A stretch of 64,000 nucleotides of DNA from Macrostomum hystrix. Its lineage: Eukaryota > Animalia > Platyhelminthes. Shown here piece after piece: positions 1 through 11,019 of the stretch. How positions within the stretch are numbered: the stretch's first letter is position 1; every line of letters begins with the position of its first letter. The DNA lies in contig CATNEN010000009.1 of the NCBI GenBank assembly GCA_950097015.1, positions 930,001 through 994,000 of the forward strand, read 5' to 3'. Position numbers and translations under genes: made by a program. The notes under the pieces are model-generated. The model was not told the DNA's origin. It did no database searches and worked only from the letters and a program-made list of their open reading frames with translations.

Positions 1-1092
1 TTCTGGCTGGACCCCTCTGCATCTGGCCATCTGGCTGGAGCTGCCGCACATCGCAGTTCAGCTTGTTGAGTCATCTGCTCTAATTTTACCTGATTTGGAC
101 GCTCTGACGGCCACCGATTTGGCTGTTTTGCGAGGATCGTCCGTCTCGTATTCGCTGTTTAGCAATCAGCAATCGGTGTTGCCCTGTTCCGCATCCGACC
201 AGCTGCCAAGACACATTTGGCTTCTCTGTTGCTTCGGAAATGCTGACTTTGCAGCAGTTCTGAGCGGTCATGCCGTCGATCCAATGTCGATTGATGCTCG
301 TGTCGACATCACGTGAGTAGCGCCTGATGCTTGCTTTTTGTTTTACCAGTGCCACCGCAACTTCCCATTTTGTACCTGGACTTGGTTATACATCGTAATA
401 TTTTTAAATACTTCTAGGGCAAATACTCGTATCTTTCTCTAAGGGCAGATGTGCATTCCAGTGTAGGTGAGTGCATGCGTAACTTTTCCATGTGTATTTT
501 TGATTAAAAAAGTTTCTCGTGTAATATGCCTCTCAAATATCTTGGATATACCAGGCAACAGAACTCAAGTAACAGTATAAATACTTGTTTGCTAATTTAC
601 TTTCTACTATCGGTTTCATTTGGCAACAGGTCCGATAATCTTGACATGCAGCAGATTGGAATGCAGTTTATTCTTGTTGCTGACACACAGGTAAATGATT
701 CTGACCCCACTTAATTATTTTCTCGCCAGCATCTAGCTTCGATCTTTGAAAGTCTTTGGAATTCCGTTTGAGCCATTCCGTCTGTGCATTTATTTTTTAA
801 GCGGTCTTAAAAGTGATGTGATTGTTCTTGTAGACCACTGTACTCGATGTGCACACCAGGCTCTATGTGACATTCGTAGCTGGCACTCATTTGGAAGCGG
901 ATAAATGCGACAGCGTTCCAGGAAACTCAAACTTAAACGGGCTTCACTTGAGGAAGGCGCAACAGGGTGCAGGGCAGCTGGCAACATCCGCATGAGATTG
1001 TGCTGGTTGGCTGAGTGGAAATCGTCCTGTAGGTCTGCAGATCAGTTGGAATTGCTTTAACTACAATTTAGATAAAAGGAGACGCGGATGCT

Positions 1093-1422
1093 GTGGTCCT
1101 TCTCACGATCAAGCGCATGCTGTCTGTTCTTGTGGTCTCGATTGTTCCAATCAAACTGATTCATCTGCTGGGCAGAATGAAAATTGACAAGAACTATGAC
1201 AAGGAGGAACTCAATCGAATTAAGCGGGGATCTGGACTTTTCCCAGCAGGCCACTATCCGTGGAAAGAACGCCCAGACAATGGTCTTGCTGATATAATTG
1301 CACAGGGTGCTCGGATCTTTAAAGTTATTAGTGATAGCAAAGACAATATTAAGAACGTAGCAGAATCAGTTGGCAGTGTTGTTACTGCGGCTAAAAAGAT
1401 AAAGGATTCTGTAACTGAATGA
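1093..1422 (+). pseudogene. Polinton/adintovirus-like small core-type protein remnant
   Basis: ORF contains RIKRGSGL. A second K-K-E-S-G-F-K-F-stop stretch follows at about 1512-1540, resembling the G-S-G motifs of Polinton/adintovirus small ORFs. Lies directly upstream of the A32 ATPase. Confidence 0.4.
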
Positions 1423-1659
1423 AAAACACTCCCAGAGATTCAACCACTTGCTCCAAATCCAGACAGTGTGGATCTGCAATCTATGAGAAGATACGAGTAA
1501 GAGCTAGTTTAAAAAGGAAAGTGGTTTTAAATTTGACTAGAGGGTACTTTCCGAGGGTACAAGACTAGTCCCAGAATGACAAATAAAGTCCCGGAATGAC
1601 ACCTCTTGACCTCTTGACGAGATTCTAAATTAATTTTTTAATTTTTTCCTGGGTGAAAA

Positions 1660-2470
1660 ATGGACATCAATCTTCACTGGACGCGTAATCAGCTTAAAGT
1701 TTTCTCATAATGAGTCAATCCCGAGTCACTTCAGATGCATTGTTGTTGGAACATCTGGCAGTGGAAAGACATTCAGAGTATTTGATATGCTTCTGAGACC
1801 TGGATTCCTAGACTATGACACTCTGCAAATCTACTCTCCCACACAGTGTCAAGATGAGTGTCAAGATGAGTGTCAAGATGAGTGTCAAGCTGAGTGTCAA
1901 GATGAGTGTCAAGATGAGTATCAAGATGAGTATCAAGATGAGTATCAAGATGAGTATCAAGATGAGTGTCAAGCTGAGTGTCAAGATGAGTGTCAAGATG
2001 AGTATCAAGATGAGTGTCAAGCTGAGTGTCAAGATGAGTATCAAGATGAGTATCAAGATGAGTGTCAAGATGAGTATCAAGATGAGTGTCAAGATGAGTG
2101 TAAAATGCTGCTTGCAGGACTTCAAAACAAACTGGACAAAGAGGACATTAATGCATGCTTTAATAACCAAAAAGCCTTCACAATAACCCAGAAATTGTAG
2201 CTGCCGAATGTGCAAAACGCATGCAAGACAATGACGAATGGCAGCACATTAAAGTGCTCACCTATGGAGATCCACAGGTTCATCCAAAGACCAAACTTCT
2301 ACCCCAACCAGATGAGCTAGAAAAGGGGAGAAAGCATTTGATTGTCTTTGATAATTGCATGACAGGCCCACAGAAGCAGATAGAAAACTATTTTACAAGA
2401 GGACGGCATAACAATTGTAATGTAATTTACATCGCCCAGAACTGGTTCGAGCTCCCGAGCAAAACAATTG
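1660..2470 (+). pseudogene. A32-like genome-packaging ATPase of a Polinton/Maverick (adintovirus-like) element, frameshifted and 3'-truncated
   Basis: Walker A GTSGSGKT at 1748-1771 (in frame with ORF 1787). Walker B-like HLIVFDN and family motif YFTRGRHNNCNVIYIAQNWFELP in ORF 2221. Frameshifts near 1700 and 2170. Confidence 0.85.
1850..2101 (+). repeat. 12-bp minisatellite (CAAGATGAGTGT/TAT), 21 copies, in frame inside the ATPase
   Basis: Translates as (QDEC/QDEY/QAEC)x21. Confidence 0.95.
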
Positions 2471-2519
2471 GATGGTCGCATATTCGTCGATCCACCGTTC
2501 AAGCCCGGTGCCGAGCTCC

Positions 2520-3015
2520 TGCCTTCCAATGTCGGCTACACACTCTTCTCGTCAAGATAGAGGCCATCCTCAACTGTCGGCCACTGAACACCGTCTCCAA
2601 CGACCCAGACCGAACAGATCCGTTGCCGCTGACTCCGGCTCATCTTCTTGAAGTAGGCCCTCACCTGCTCCTTCCAGTCATCGACGACACCTTCCTGCCT
2701 GCCGACACCTCCACTGCGGACCGCCTACCGCCTAGCTCTTCATCGTCGCCGCAACGCCATCTTCAACGTGTTCTGAAGCCAGTGGAGCCAGGAGTATCTC
2801 AATCAACTCCGCTCTATCCATATTTAGGAGCGGCGTCGACACCGCCAGTACGCCAGTCAGTTCCACCTGGACAAGGCCTGCCTTCTTGCCGAGCCAACGC
2901 TCCGAGGGACGTGGAAACTGTGCCGTATCCCGCTGGCATCCTGCGTTACGTCACCGTTCGCACTGTTTCTGGCCACGAGGTCCGCCTGTCCGTTGCCCAC
3001 CTCGTCCCGCTCTAG
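2520..3015 (+). mobile_element. BEL/Pao LTR retrotransposon integrase C-terminal fragment (DUF5641-type), degenerate
   Basis: LHTLLVKIEAILNCRPL...DP...PLTPAHLL, then frameshifted WSQEYLNQLR and TWKLCRI, ending YVTVRTVSGHEVRLSVAHLVPL-stop. Confidence 0.8.
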
Positions 3016-3359
3016 TGCGACACCGGCGCTGCGCAGCCCACTGCGATGACTGCAGATCCATCCGCCGACTCGCCCGCCGGCTCGACGGTTGGCCCCACTG
3101 CCCGCGACCGTCGTGCGCTCCACCGTCAGAAGATTCGAGTGGGATCTCCAATAAGAAAGATTTTATTGCGCCTTCCTATTTTATAAATTAAAAAAAAATC
3201 AAACAGAAAGATTTCACAGGAGTAATTTGTTAATCTTTGCTTTTGAAAAGTGGAATCAACCTTACCAGTTTGTAAGGAAAAACTGACGATCAATAAGGAA
3301 AAAGAAACAGTTATTTAAAATTTTAAATTAAAATGTAAATTAATTTTGCAGGTGAATCG

Positions 3360-3938
3360 TTGGATCGCGGAAGCACACTCACTAGTGCTCAAGTTTCATT
3401 CCTTGACAGGCGCAACATTTATATAGCTATAAATTTTTACAACTATATAAATTTTGACGAAAAAATTCCAGAACTCAAACCCATCAGAGATCACTTGAAG
3501 GCTCTAGAGCGGGCAACACACCAACAACAAATAAACATGGAAGACCTGCGGTTGAACGTAGCAAAGCAGAAGGAAGAGAGTGACAGACTATATTTACAGT
3601 TTGCTTGTGATCGGGATACACTTGATACTCTTGTTGCAGTGATAACCACTCTGAGATCAGACATCGCCACTCTGAGATCAGACATCGCCACTCTGAGATC
3701 AGACATCGCCACTCTGAGAACCGCCACTGATAATCGAGCAAACTTGGTGGAAGGAAGAGTAGCAGAAAATACAACTAGAGTTCGAAATTTAGAATTTAGG
3801 TCATCCACCCTGCATGATAGATTGAGTTCGAGACTCACAGCAGCAGAGTCAGATATAACAGCATTGCGAGCAGCATTGCGAACAAAAGTGCGAACAAAGA
3901 TTGAAAGAATCGAACAAACCGTAACAAGACACACCTAG
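3360..3938 (+). CDS. Coiled-coil ORF with 21-bp heptad repeat (LRSDIAT x3), possibly element-derived
   Basis: 192 codons open, non-ATG start in track, heptad periodicity, no recognisable family. Confidence 0.35.
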   Translation: MDRGSTLTSAQVSFLDRRNIYIAINFYNYINFDEKIPELKPIRDHLKALERATHQQQINMEDLRLNVAKQKEESDRLYLQFACDRDTLDTLVAVITTLRSDIATLRSDIATLRSDIATLRTATDNRANLVEGRVAENTTRVRNLEFRSSTLHDRLSSRLTAAESDITALRAALRTKVRTKIERIEQTVTRHT

Positions 3939-4170
3939 TATTGAATAGGATATTCAACAACTGGGGGAAAACGAAAAGAAGACTCAGCCGACTAGAGAGA
4001 CTGCACAATCCAGACTTTGACATTCAAGATGCAAGTGCAGCTTTTGGATCACGGCGACTGCGTAAACGTTTGTCCCAGATAGCCCCTCTCGCATACTACT
4101 CATGCACACATTTGTACAAACCCCATTTTATTATTATTATATAAACTATGTCAAATAATTTCCTTGCAAG

Positions 4171-6808
4171 CAGCTGTGCTCACGTGTGCTCATACTCCAT
4201 TTTCGCAGCAAACTTTCCTGCCGGCTCCACGAGTCGCTCAGCAGGTCGGGGTTCACTCGAATCAACGCGGCCGTTCAGAGCGGCACCGCGGCTGTCCTGG
4301 AGCAAATTCTCAGACGGAGGAGCGTCGGTGAGTGCCATTTGATCGGCAGCTTCGCTGACGGCTGGGGCAACTGCCTCAGTGGAATCTGCGGACAGACTGA
4401 TGCGGACTCCGACATGGATGTCACTGTGATGGACACTCGAGTGACGCTGCATCTGGCTGGAACTGTCAAATGCAAAAGTTGTTTAGAGGGGAAATGCGTT
4501 GAAGTTGAGCTCAGCGACGGCCATGTTGCACATCGGATCGACTGTGAGTGAATTGTGGCTAGTTTGTGAGTACATTTAGGGACTGTACAAGGCATGAGAG
4601 CAGCTTGAGATCGCTACTCTGCTGGACACCCATTCAGTTTATTTTATCATCCTTTGTTGTGAGCGAGCGAAAAATTTTAAATTTCAGGGAAGCTAGATAA
4701 TATGTAAAAATATTGCAAATGATAACATTTTAAATGGATTCATTCATAAAACTACATTCGTGAAAAGCATTAGTTTTCTAGCCTTGGAATTTCACAGCAG
4801 TTGCCATTTCCTGAAGAACATAATTCCTGAGAAGCAAAGCAGTGAGATGTGGAGAGGGAGAGATGGCAGTGGATGCAGAGAACTCGTCAGTCCACAGTCA
4901 CTGCATACCATAGGATGCGGCCTCTGCAAGTGTGCCCAATGTGGTCTCTGGGCACTGGTTGGTGTCACTAACTACTCCCATGGGACCTGCCTGTCCACCA
5001 TCAATTTCGAATAGCTCAAAGTACAAGTTGAAGAAAAGCACAAAAAACAGAAACGGGTTAGGGTTAGGTGAGAGAATAGAAATTTGCCAAGACATTTTGA
5101 ATTATTAATTTATTACCATTCAACAGATTAATTTTCACTCACAATTTGCAGCCATCAAGCCGAACATTGCATCCAAAGGAATGACTCTGACGCCTTCAGT
5201 TGACCAAGTCAAGGCCATCCCGTGCTGTCGATATCCGGATTTCGAAGTCTTTGCATACCGCTACAAGTCCTGCATTCCTCAGAATATCCTTAAGAACATA
5301 AAATACGGCACCCAGTGCCACGTGGTCTCCGCAGCTCCTCCAGGCCAGGAGGGCCGCCGCATGCGAGTCAGCACCACTCTGATGGAGAGGGGGCTGATGC
5401 ACAGTCTCACAACACTCCAGGGTCAGCTCTTCATCTTGCTCAAGTACCTCATCAAGCGAGTGATCGCAAAGCGAGTCAAGGGCCTGAAGACCTACCACGC
5501 GAAGAACTTGCTCTTCTACATGCTGGACAGGACACCAGCTGATGAGTGGCAGCCGCAGAATCTGATGAAGCTGCTGAGACAGTCACTGGAGCTGCTGCTC
5601 GGTTCCCTCACTGACTCAAGCAGCAGTGAGCAGCAGTGCATGCGCCACTTCTTCATGAGACACGCCGCCATTTACCTGCGCAAGGACCACGAGGGAAGGG
5701 CCGAGATTGCTGAAGTTGTGCGTCACGTGATGGATGAGCTGCCGCAGCTGATGGCAGAGTTTGAGCAGACACTGATGAAGAACTCACCGACTGTGATCGA
5801 GTTCCACCCGTTCCTCATCCTGCCGCTCGTCAATGAACTCAGGATCCCAGAATCAAATGAGGAGTTTGAGTATCACCAGATCTATGACGCGGTGAGGAGA
5901 GCTCTGGAGATGCTGGGTGATGAAGCGAGTCACCTGCAGCAGATCGACTCGCTGCTCAGTCGGATTCCAGACTGCGCCAGGACTGCCAGAGAGAGTCTGA
6001 GAGCTCTGCTGCGGCTCAGAGAGGAAAATCCCATTGAGTCGTGTGTCGGTGATGCTTTTTCCTTCAGCCCGAGTTGTGGGGTCAGCTGTCCTGAAGTCGA
6101 GCAAGATGACTTTTTTGAATTCGGATATGAAAGTAGATTTCTTGAAGCCCGAGTGGATTTCGTCTGGAATTCTCTGAAGTCATCGGACTCGGCGTGGAAG
6201 TTCATGTTCAGCTTTGCCCGGAAGCCAGATCTCCACTTCCTGCCTGACCACATGAGAGCGGCCTTCCCGTGGAAGGTGCCCCACAGGAGCAGCAGCTCTG
6301 TCTACATCAACTTTCATGCGCTGATGAAGTCGCTGCAACTCGAGTCCAGGAAGCTGAGCGGAGATGAGGAAGGAGTGAAGGCGCTGCTCACGGACTTCGG
6401 CCATAGGAGCAGTTCTGGCCGACTGGACAGTCAGGAGCTGCTGATGATGCTGCATTACTGCAGCGATGAGGCGAAGTTGGTTGAGGCGATTCATGGCAAC
6501 CGGGAGATGATTGTGGACACTGGGCTGGCTGGCACCGTGATCAGCTTCCTGAATGACAATGTGAGTCTGCTCATGACTTAGTGTAACTGAAGCCTTGCTG
6601 GTGACTCTGATGGCAGATAACAGTTTGAATTCCGTTGCAGCCGAGTCTGCGACGCCGATGCGTGACAACCACCTGGCAGAAGGTCGAGAACCTGATCGGC
6701 CAGCAGCGATTCTCATCGCCTGATGAGCGAGATCGGGTCCACCTGGTCATGCGGAGAGCGAAGGACTACCTGCGAGAGAAGGAGGGGATCGAAGGAGCTG
6801 ATGAGTGA
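4171..6808 (+). CDS. Mab-21/cGAS-like receptor (cGLR) nucleotidyltransferase, 3 exons (about 4171-4543, 5152-6560, 6641-6808)
   Basis: NTase motif GSFADGWG...DSDMD, third acid in SVDQVKAIP, Mab-21 C-terminal motifs (LLKYLIK, LKTYHAKNLLFY, WQPQNL, HFFM). GT-AG junctions 4544/5151 (phase 1) and 6561/6640 (phase 0) keep frame. 5' end uncertain. Confidence 0.85.
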
Positions 6809-7205
6809 CAGGTGAGAGACTGGAGCTGATGAGTGACAGGTGAGAGACTGGAGCTGATGAGTGACAGGTGAGAGACTGAAGCTGATGAGTGACAGGTGAG
6901 AGACTGGAGCTGATGAGTGACAGGTGAGAGACTGAAGCTGATGAGTGACAGGTGAGAGACTGGAGCTGATGAGTGACAGGTGAGAGACTGGAGCTGATGA
7001 GTGACAGGTGAGAGACTGAAGCTGATGAGTGACAGGTGAGAGACTGGAGCTGATGAGTGACAGGTGAGAGACTGGAGCTGATGAGTGACAGGTGAGAGAC
7101 TGGAGCTGATGAGTGACAGGTGAGAGACTGCAGCTGATGGGTGACAGGTGAGAGACTGGAGCTGATGAGTGACAGGTGAGAGACTGAAGCTGATGAGTGA
7201 CAGGT
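6795..7205 (+). repeat. 28-bp minisatellite GGAGCTGATGAGTGACAGGTGAGAGACT
   Basis: About 14 tandem copies starting in the last codons of the Mab-21 gene. Confidence 0.95.
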
Positions 7206-8222
7206 GTTTGGTTATTCAGCCGTTGAATTTCGGTTTACAGGCTCAGGTCCATCATTCGGCACTCAGCTGGGCCCGAAGCGCTGACAGCGGGAAACTGACG
7301 ACGAAATTGTCGGATGGAACTTGCCTTGGGAAGCTTTTGGCTCAGCAGCATGTACTTTTGCTTCTGCTGCACATGTTGTCTCCTTCCTGCCGCTTTTTTG
7401 ACACTTGATTCTCTTTTTGTTTCACATTTGCTGCTCTGTTTATTTGCTATTTGCTGTTCCGTTTATTTCACATTTGCTGTTCCGTTTATTTGCCATTTGC
7501 TGTTCTGTTTCCTGTTGTTTCCTGTTGCTCTGCTTAATTAATTTTATTCACGGTTCAATTGCAAAATGTCAAGAAGCATTAATCTGCAGTTACAGCTGAG
7601 CCGTTAGAATTGAAATCTTACAAGTTTTAGAAAGAAATCTGTTATACAGGTAGTGTGGTGTTAGAATCGAACTCAGGGTGTTAGACAGGAAGTCAGCGTG
7701 CTAGTCAGGAAGTCGGGGTGTAAAACAGGAAGTCGGGGGTTGAGCACATCAATCCCAAAGCCCAACTCACAGGATGTCAGCTCGAGTTAATTGGATTTCT
7801 GTCCTGTTATGCACACACATCAATCCCAAAGCCCAGCTCACATGATGTCAGCTCGAGTTAATTGGATTTCTGTCCTGTTATGCACACACATCAATCCCAA
7901 AGCCCAGACTGCAAATTTTAGCGGTGGCCGTAACACCAGCCGGTGCAGGACTGTCTGTTCATGAAAAAAGGCAAGCTACTTACAGTAGTCAGCTTATCTC
8001 GAACTTAAAGCAGTGACCAGCTTTAAATGAGCCCAAAATATAATTTGCGATCTCAGACGAGTTGGGCCGTGTTGTATTTCTTTCTGCAAAATATAATGCA
8101 ATGGGCAAAAACAAAAGTGGCTGGGCCAAACAAATGTGCAGCAGTGAGATTCGGGCCGCTCTGGAGTGGAAGTGAATTGAGCAAAAATCTGTCCCGCAGG
8201 TTTTCTCCGATTCATTGTTCGG

Positions 8223-10397
8223 TCAGACGACTTCATACACGAATCGCTTGCTCAGCCGCACACAGGAGCTGCTGGCGCAGACATCGGCAACCTCCTTGTC
8301 CGTGATGCAAAATGTGAGCAGAGGACTGAGGCCACCCGCTTCCACGCACTTGACCTTGTACTTGCACCAGTGCTTCAGCTTGAACGCCTGGCCCATGATG
8401 CAGGGCGTGGAGCGCAGCTTGCCGTCGAAGCTTTCTTCGTAGATGACAAACCGCATCGACTTCAAATGGGGCGCCCCCAACGCGTCCCCGCCAGGCAGAA
8501 GGCGCGCCTTCAGCGCCGGCAGGTCGACATCCAGGTTGAAGCTAGTCGCGATGGACGATTTCATGCTCGCACTTCGGCCGAGCGAATCTATCGAGGGCGC
8601 TGGTAGCGCGCTGGAAGCAAGTGTCGAAGTCTCGGCCGTGTCTATATTATCGAGAGGTGACGTGCTCTTATCCTCGACGGACCTACGGCAAGCGTGGGCG
8701 AGAATGTCATCGGAGGTCGTGGCGTGATAGATGCGGAAACCGCTGGAGCCGCTCTTGTATGCACACTGGAACGGCGAGGTGGGGTCCTGCGGATCCTGTC
8801 GTCCGACGGGCATCAGCGAGGAGTTGATGGTGCGCCGGTTGTTAGCGTTAGATGACTGCGATATTGTGGGCTGCCGTTGCACCGACACGTGCAGACGGAC
8901 CTCGCTATTTTTTATCTCCTTTACGTACAGAGCGTTGCGCTGAAAGGACAGCACACTGGTCGGCAGAGATTGCTTGGTAACAGGGTCCACCACAGTGATG
9001 AGGTAGTCCGACATGCGCTCAATGGGGATGCTTTCATGAATTGTGAGGCTTTCGGGGTCCACGCCGTCCTCGAACAACAACTGTTTCTCGGCCAGTAGGA
9101 TGTTGGGGTTGGTGTCCTTCAGCACCTTCTCCACGCGGTAGTGCTTGGAGGCGTGAGACTTGGTGGTCCCGATGGCCATTCTGTGCGTGTCCACATCAAC
9201 GTCCACGTAGAACTCACCGAGTGGCTTTGTGCCGACGTCCACAATTTTCTCATCGAAGGTGATGTGCAGGACGTAGGTGCCGCGATGTTCAACCAGCCGC
9301 TCTATTAAGAAGTTCAACTGCTTGGGTGCGTCCTTGGACTCTTGAACTCGGAGAATCTTCTGCTCGGTGATGAAATCGAGCAGGTCGATTGGATTGCCGC
9401 GGTTGTGCAGCTGCACTCGCAGGGTGTAGGCCACGTTGCGCACTGCCACCAGGCTGTTGCTGCTTTTCAACGCTCCGGGCTCCATCGTGACAGACTGCAC
9501 CTTGCTGTTGCCCTCCTCGTGCGAGACCAGGATGATGTCGATAGGCCGCGTGAGCTGCATTGGTTTAGGCAGAACAATCCCCAGCTGGTCATTCTTCACC
9601 TGGTAGACGATCTGCATGTTGGGCAGGTACGCGCTGGTCTGCTTGTGCAGGCACTCTTCAGAGGATTGGCCCTTGCCCACATCATCTTTGTTGTAGTCAT
9701 CGGCATCATGACCTCCTGGTTTCAACTGCCCATGCGAGTCCTTGGTTTCTGAACGCGCATTGTAGGACGGAGGCGGTGGCAGCCTCTTTTGCATATCCGT
9801 CTCCATAGAGGTGATAGGAGCGCCAGAAAACGTCCCGATCTCCAAAGTATTATTCTTGATTGCACCATCAGCCCAATTCGAATTCAACATCTTGTCGCGC
9901 TCTAACCACTTCATGAACCAGTAGGCCATGACGCCCTTTTCTTGCACCTGAACGTCCTGCTCCCGCGGTGTTAGAGCCAGCAGTGCGGTTACGGGCTGCT
10001 TTCCGAAGCGCAGGCAGTACAGGTACTCCTGGTGCGGCGTGTACGGCACGGCGCCCTGCGGATCGCCCGCCCGGTCCTGGTAAAGCTTCCTGGTGCGACA
10101 CTTGGTGCAGCCGCGGTCTTCGCAGTCGTCGCGGCATTTCTCCCTCGTGAAGAGCAGAACATCCGCGCCCTCACCGGCCACCACGCCCAGCACGCGGAGC
10201 AGACGCATCTCCCTGGCCTGGAAGTTGATGTGCACCTGGATCTCATAGTCACCAACATCGGCGAAGGGCGGGTAAGGCCCCGCCGGGCAGTGTGAGCAGT
10301 TGTTCGGGCTGAGAATGTCGGGGCTGTTCTGATCAACCAGTGTGGCAGGCGCGGCAGCCTGCATCGTTTGAGTGATGATTCCGGAGCTGGCAATCAT
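8223..10397 (-). CDS. Intronless 724-aa protein of unknown function
   Basis: Long non-repetitive ORF with ATG, GC-rich coding-like composition, possible acceptor TTTTTTACGAAAGCAG just upstream. Confidence 0.8.
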   Translation of the reverse strand: MIASSGIITQTMQAAAPATLVDQNSPDILSPNNCSHCPAGPYPPFADVGDYEIQVHINFQAREMRLLRVLGVVAGEGADVLLFTREKCRDDCEDRGCTKCRTRKLYQDRAGDPQGAVPYTPHQEYLYCLRFGKQPVTALLALTPREQDVQVQEKGVMAYWFMKWLERDKMLNSNWADGAIKNNTLEIGTFSGAPITSMETDMQKRLPPPPSYNARSETKDSHGQLKPGGHDADDYNKDDVGKGQSSEECLHKQTSAYLPNMQIVYQVKNDQLGIVLPKPMQLTRPIDIILVSHEEGNSKVQSVTMEPGALKSSNSLVAVRNVAYTLRVQLHNRGNPIDLLDFITEQKILRVQESKDAPKQLNFLIERLVEHRGTYVLHITFDEKIVDVGTKPLGEFYVDVDVDTHRMAIGTTKSHASKHYRVEKVLKDTNPNILLAEKQLLFEDGVDPESLTIHESIPIERMSDYLITVVDPVTKQSLPTSVLSFQRNALYVKEIKNSEVRLHVSVQRQPTISQSSNANNRRTINSSLMPVGRQDPQDPTSPFQCAYKSGSSGFRIYHATTSDDILAHACRRSVEDKSTSPLDNIDTAETSTLASSALPAPSIDSLGRSASMKSSIATSFNLDVDLPALKARLLPGGDALGAPHLKSMRFVIYEESFDGKLRSTPCIMGQAFKLKHWCKYKVKCVEAGGLSPLLTFCITDKEVADVCASSSCVRLSKRFVYEVV

Positions 10398-11019
10398 CGA
10401 TTTGCGGCAGATTGGCTGCTTTCGTAAAAAAGGCTTGGACGTGCAGCCCCTGGGCCTTGTGCTGCTGCGATTGTTAAACTCGCGTTCGAAGTGAAAGCTG
10501 GAAGGCCCTCCCTAAATTAGAGCAGACGCAGGCCGTCGCTTCGCTCGCAACTGACTGTACTCCAGAAACCCATAGAGCCACTGCGGGACCTCATGCTCAG
10601 CAGCACTTTGGGCGTACCTCTTAGCCATAGACTAAACGCTGCTGCAGCCCATACAGTGGCTAAATTTAGCAATACCAGGAAGGAAGATTAAAGATGAGGA
10701 AGATTGAGTGGGCGCTCTGCACTAATCAATCAGAATTTGAAAGCAGGCAGTCGGATACTATTTTTGTCGGTAAAAAACACAGTTTGGCGGATTAAAAGTA
10801 CTTTTTAGAAAGCATTGCTGGCAGCCGGGTCACTGCTTTTAATACTGAGCAGGTGCATTAGTTGATAAACATATTTTTTATAAGTCAGCATGACAGAGTG
10901 CACAATATTGTTTTCCTTTGGCCCCACAGGTAATTAGTTACTAACAGGCAAAAGTGCCAAGTTGCATTGATAATTTTTCTTCATTGTGACCAATTATTTG
11001 AATCTTAATTTACAGCGCC

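Noticed and set aside
5056-5069. GGGTTAGGGTTAGG telomere-like motif
   Set aside because: Only two units inside an intron; chance or a trivial remnant
1093-6808. Functional link between the viral remnant and the neighbouring cGLR
   Set aside because: Adjacency alone; both are likely common in this genome and the sequence shows nothing connecting them
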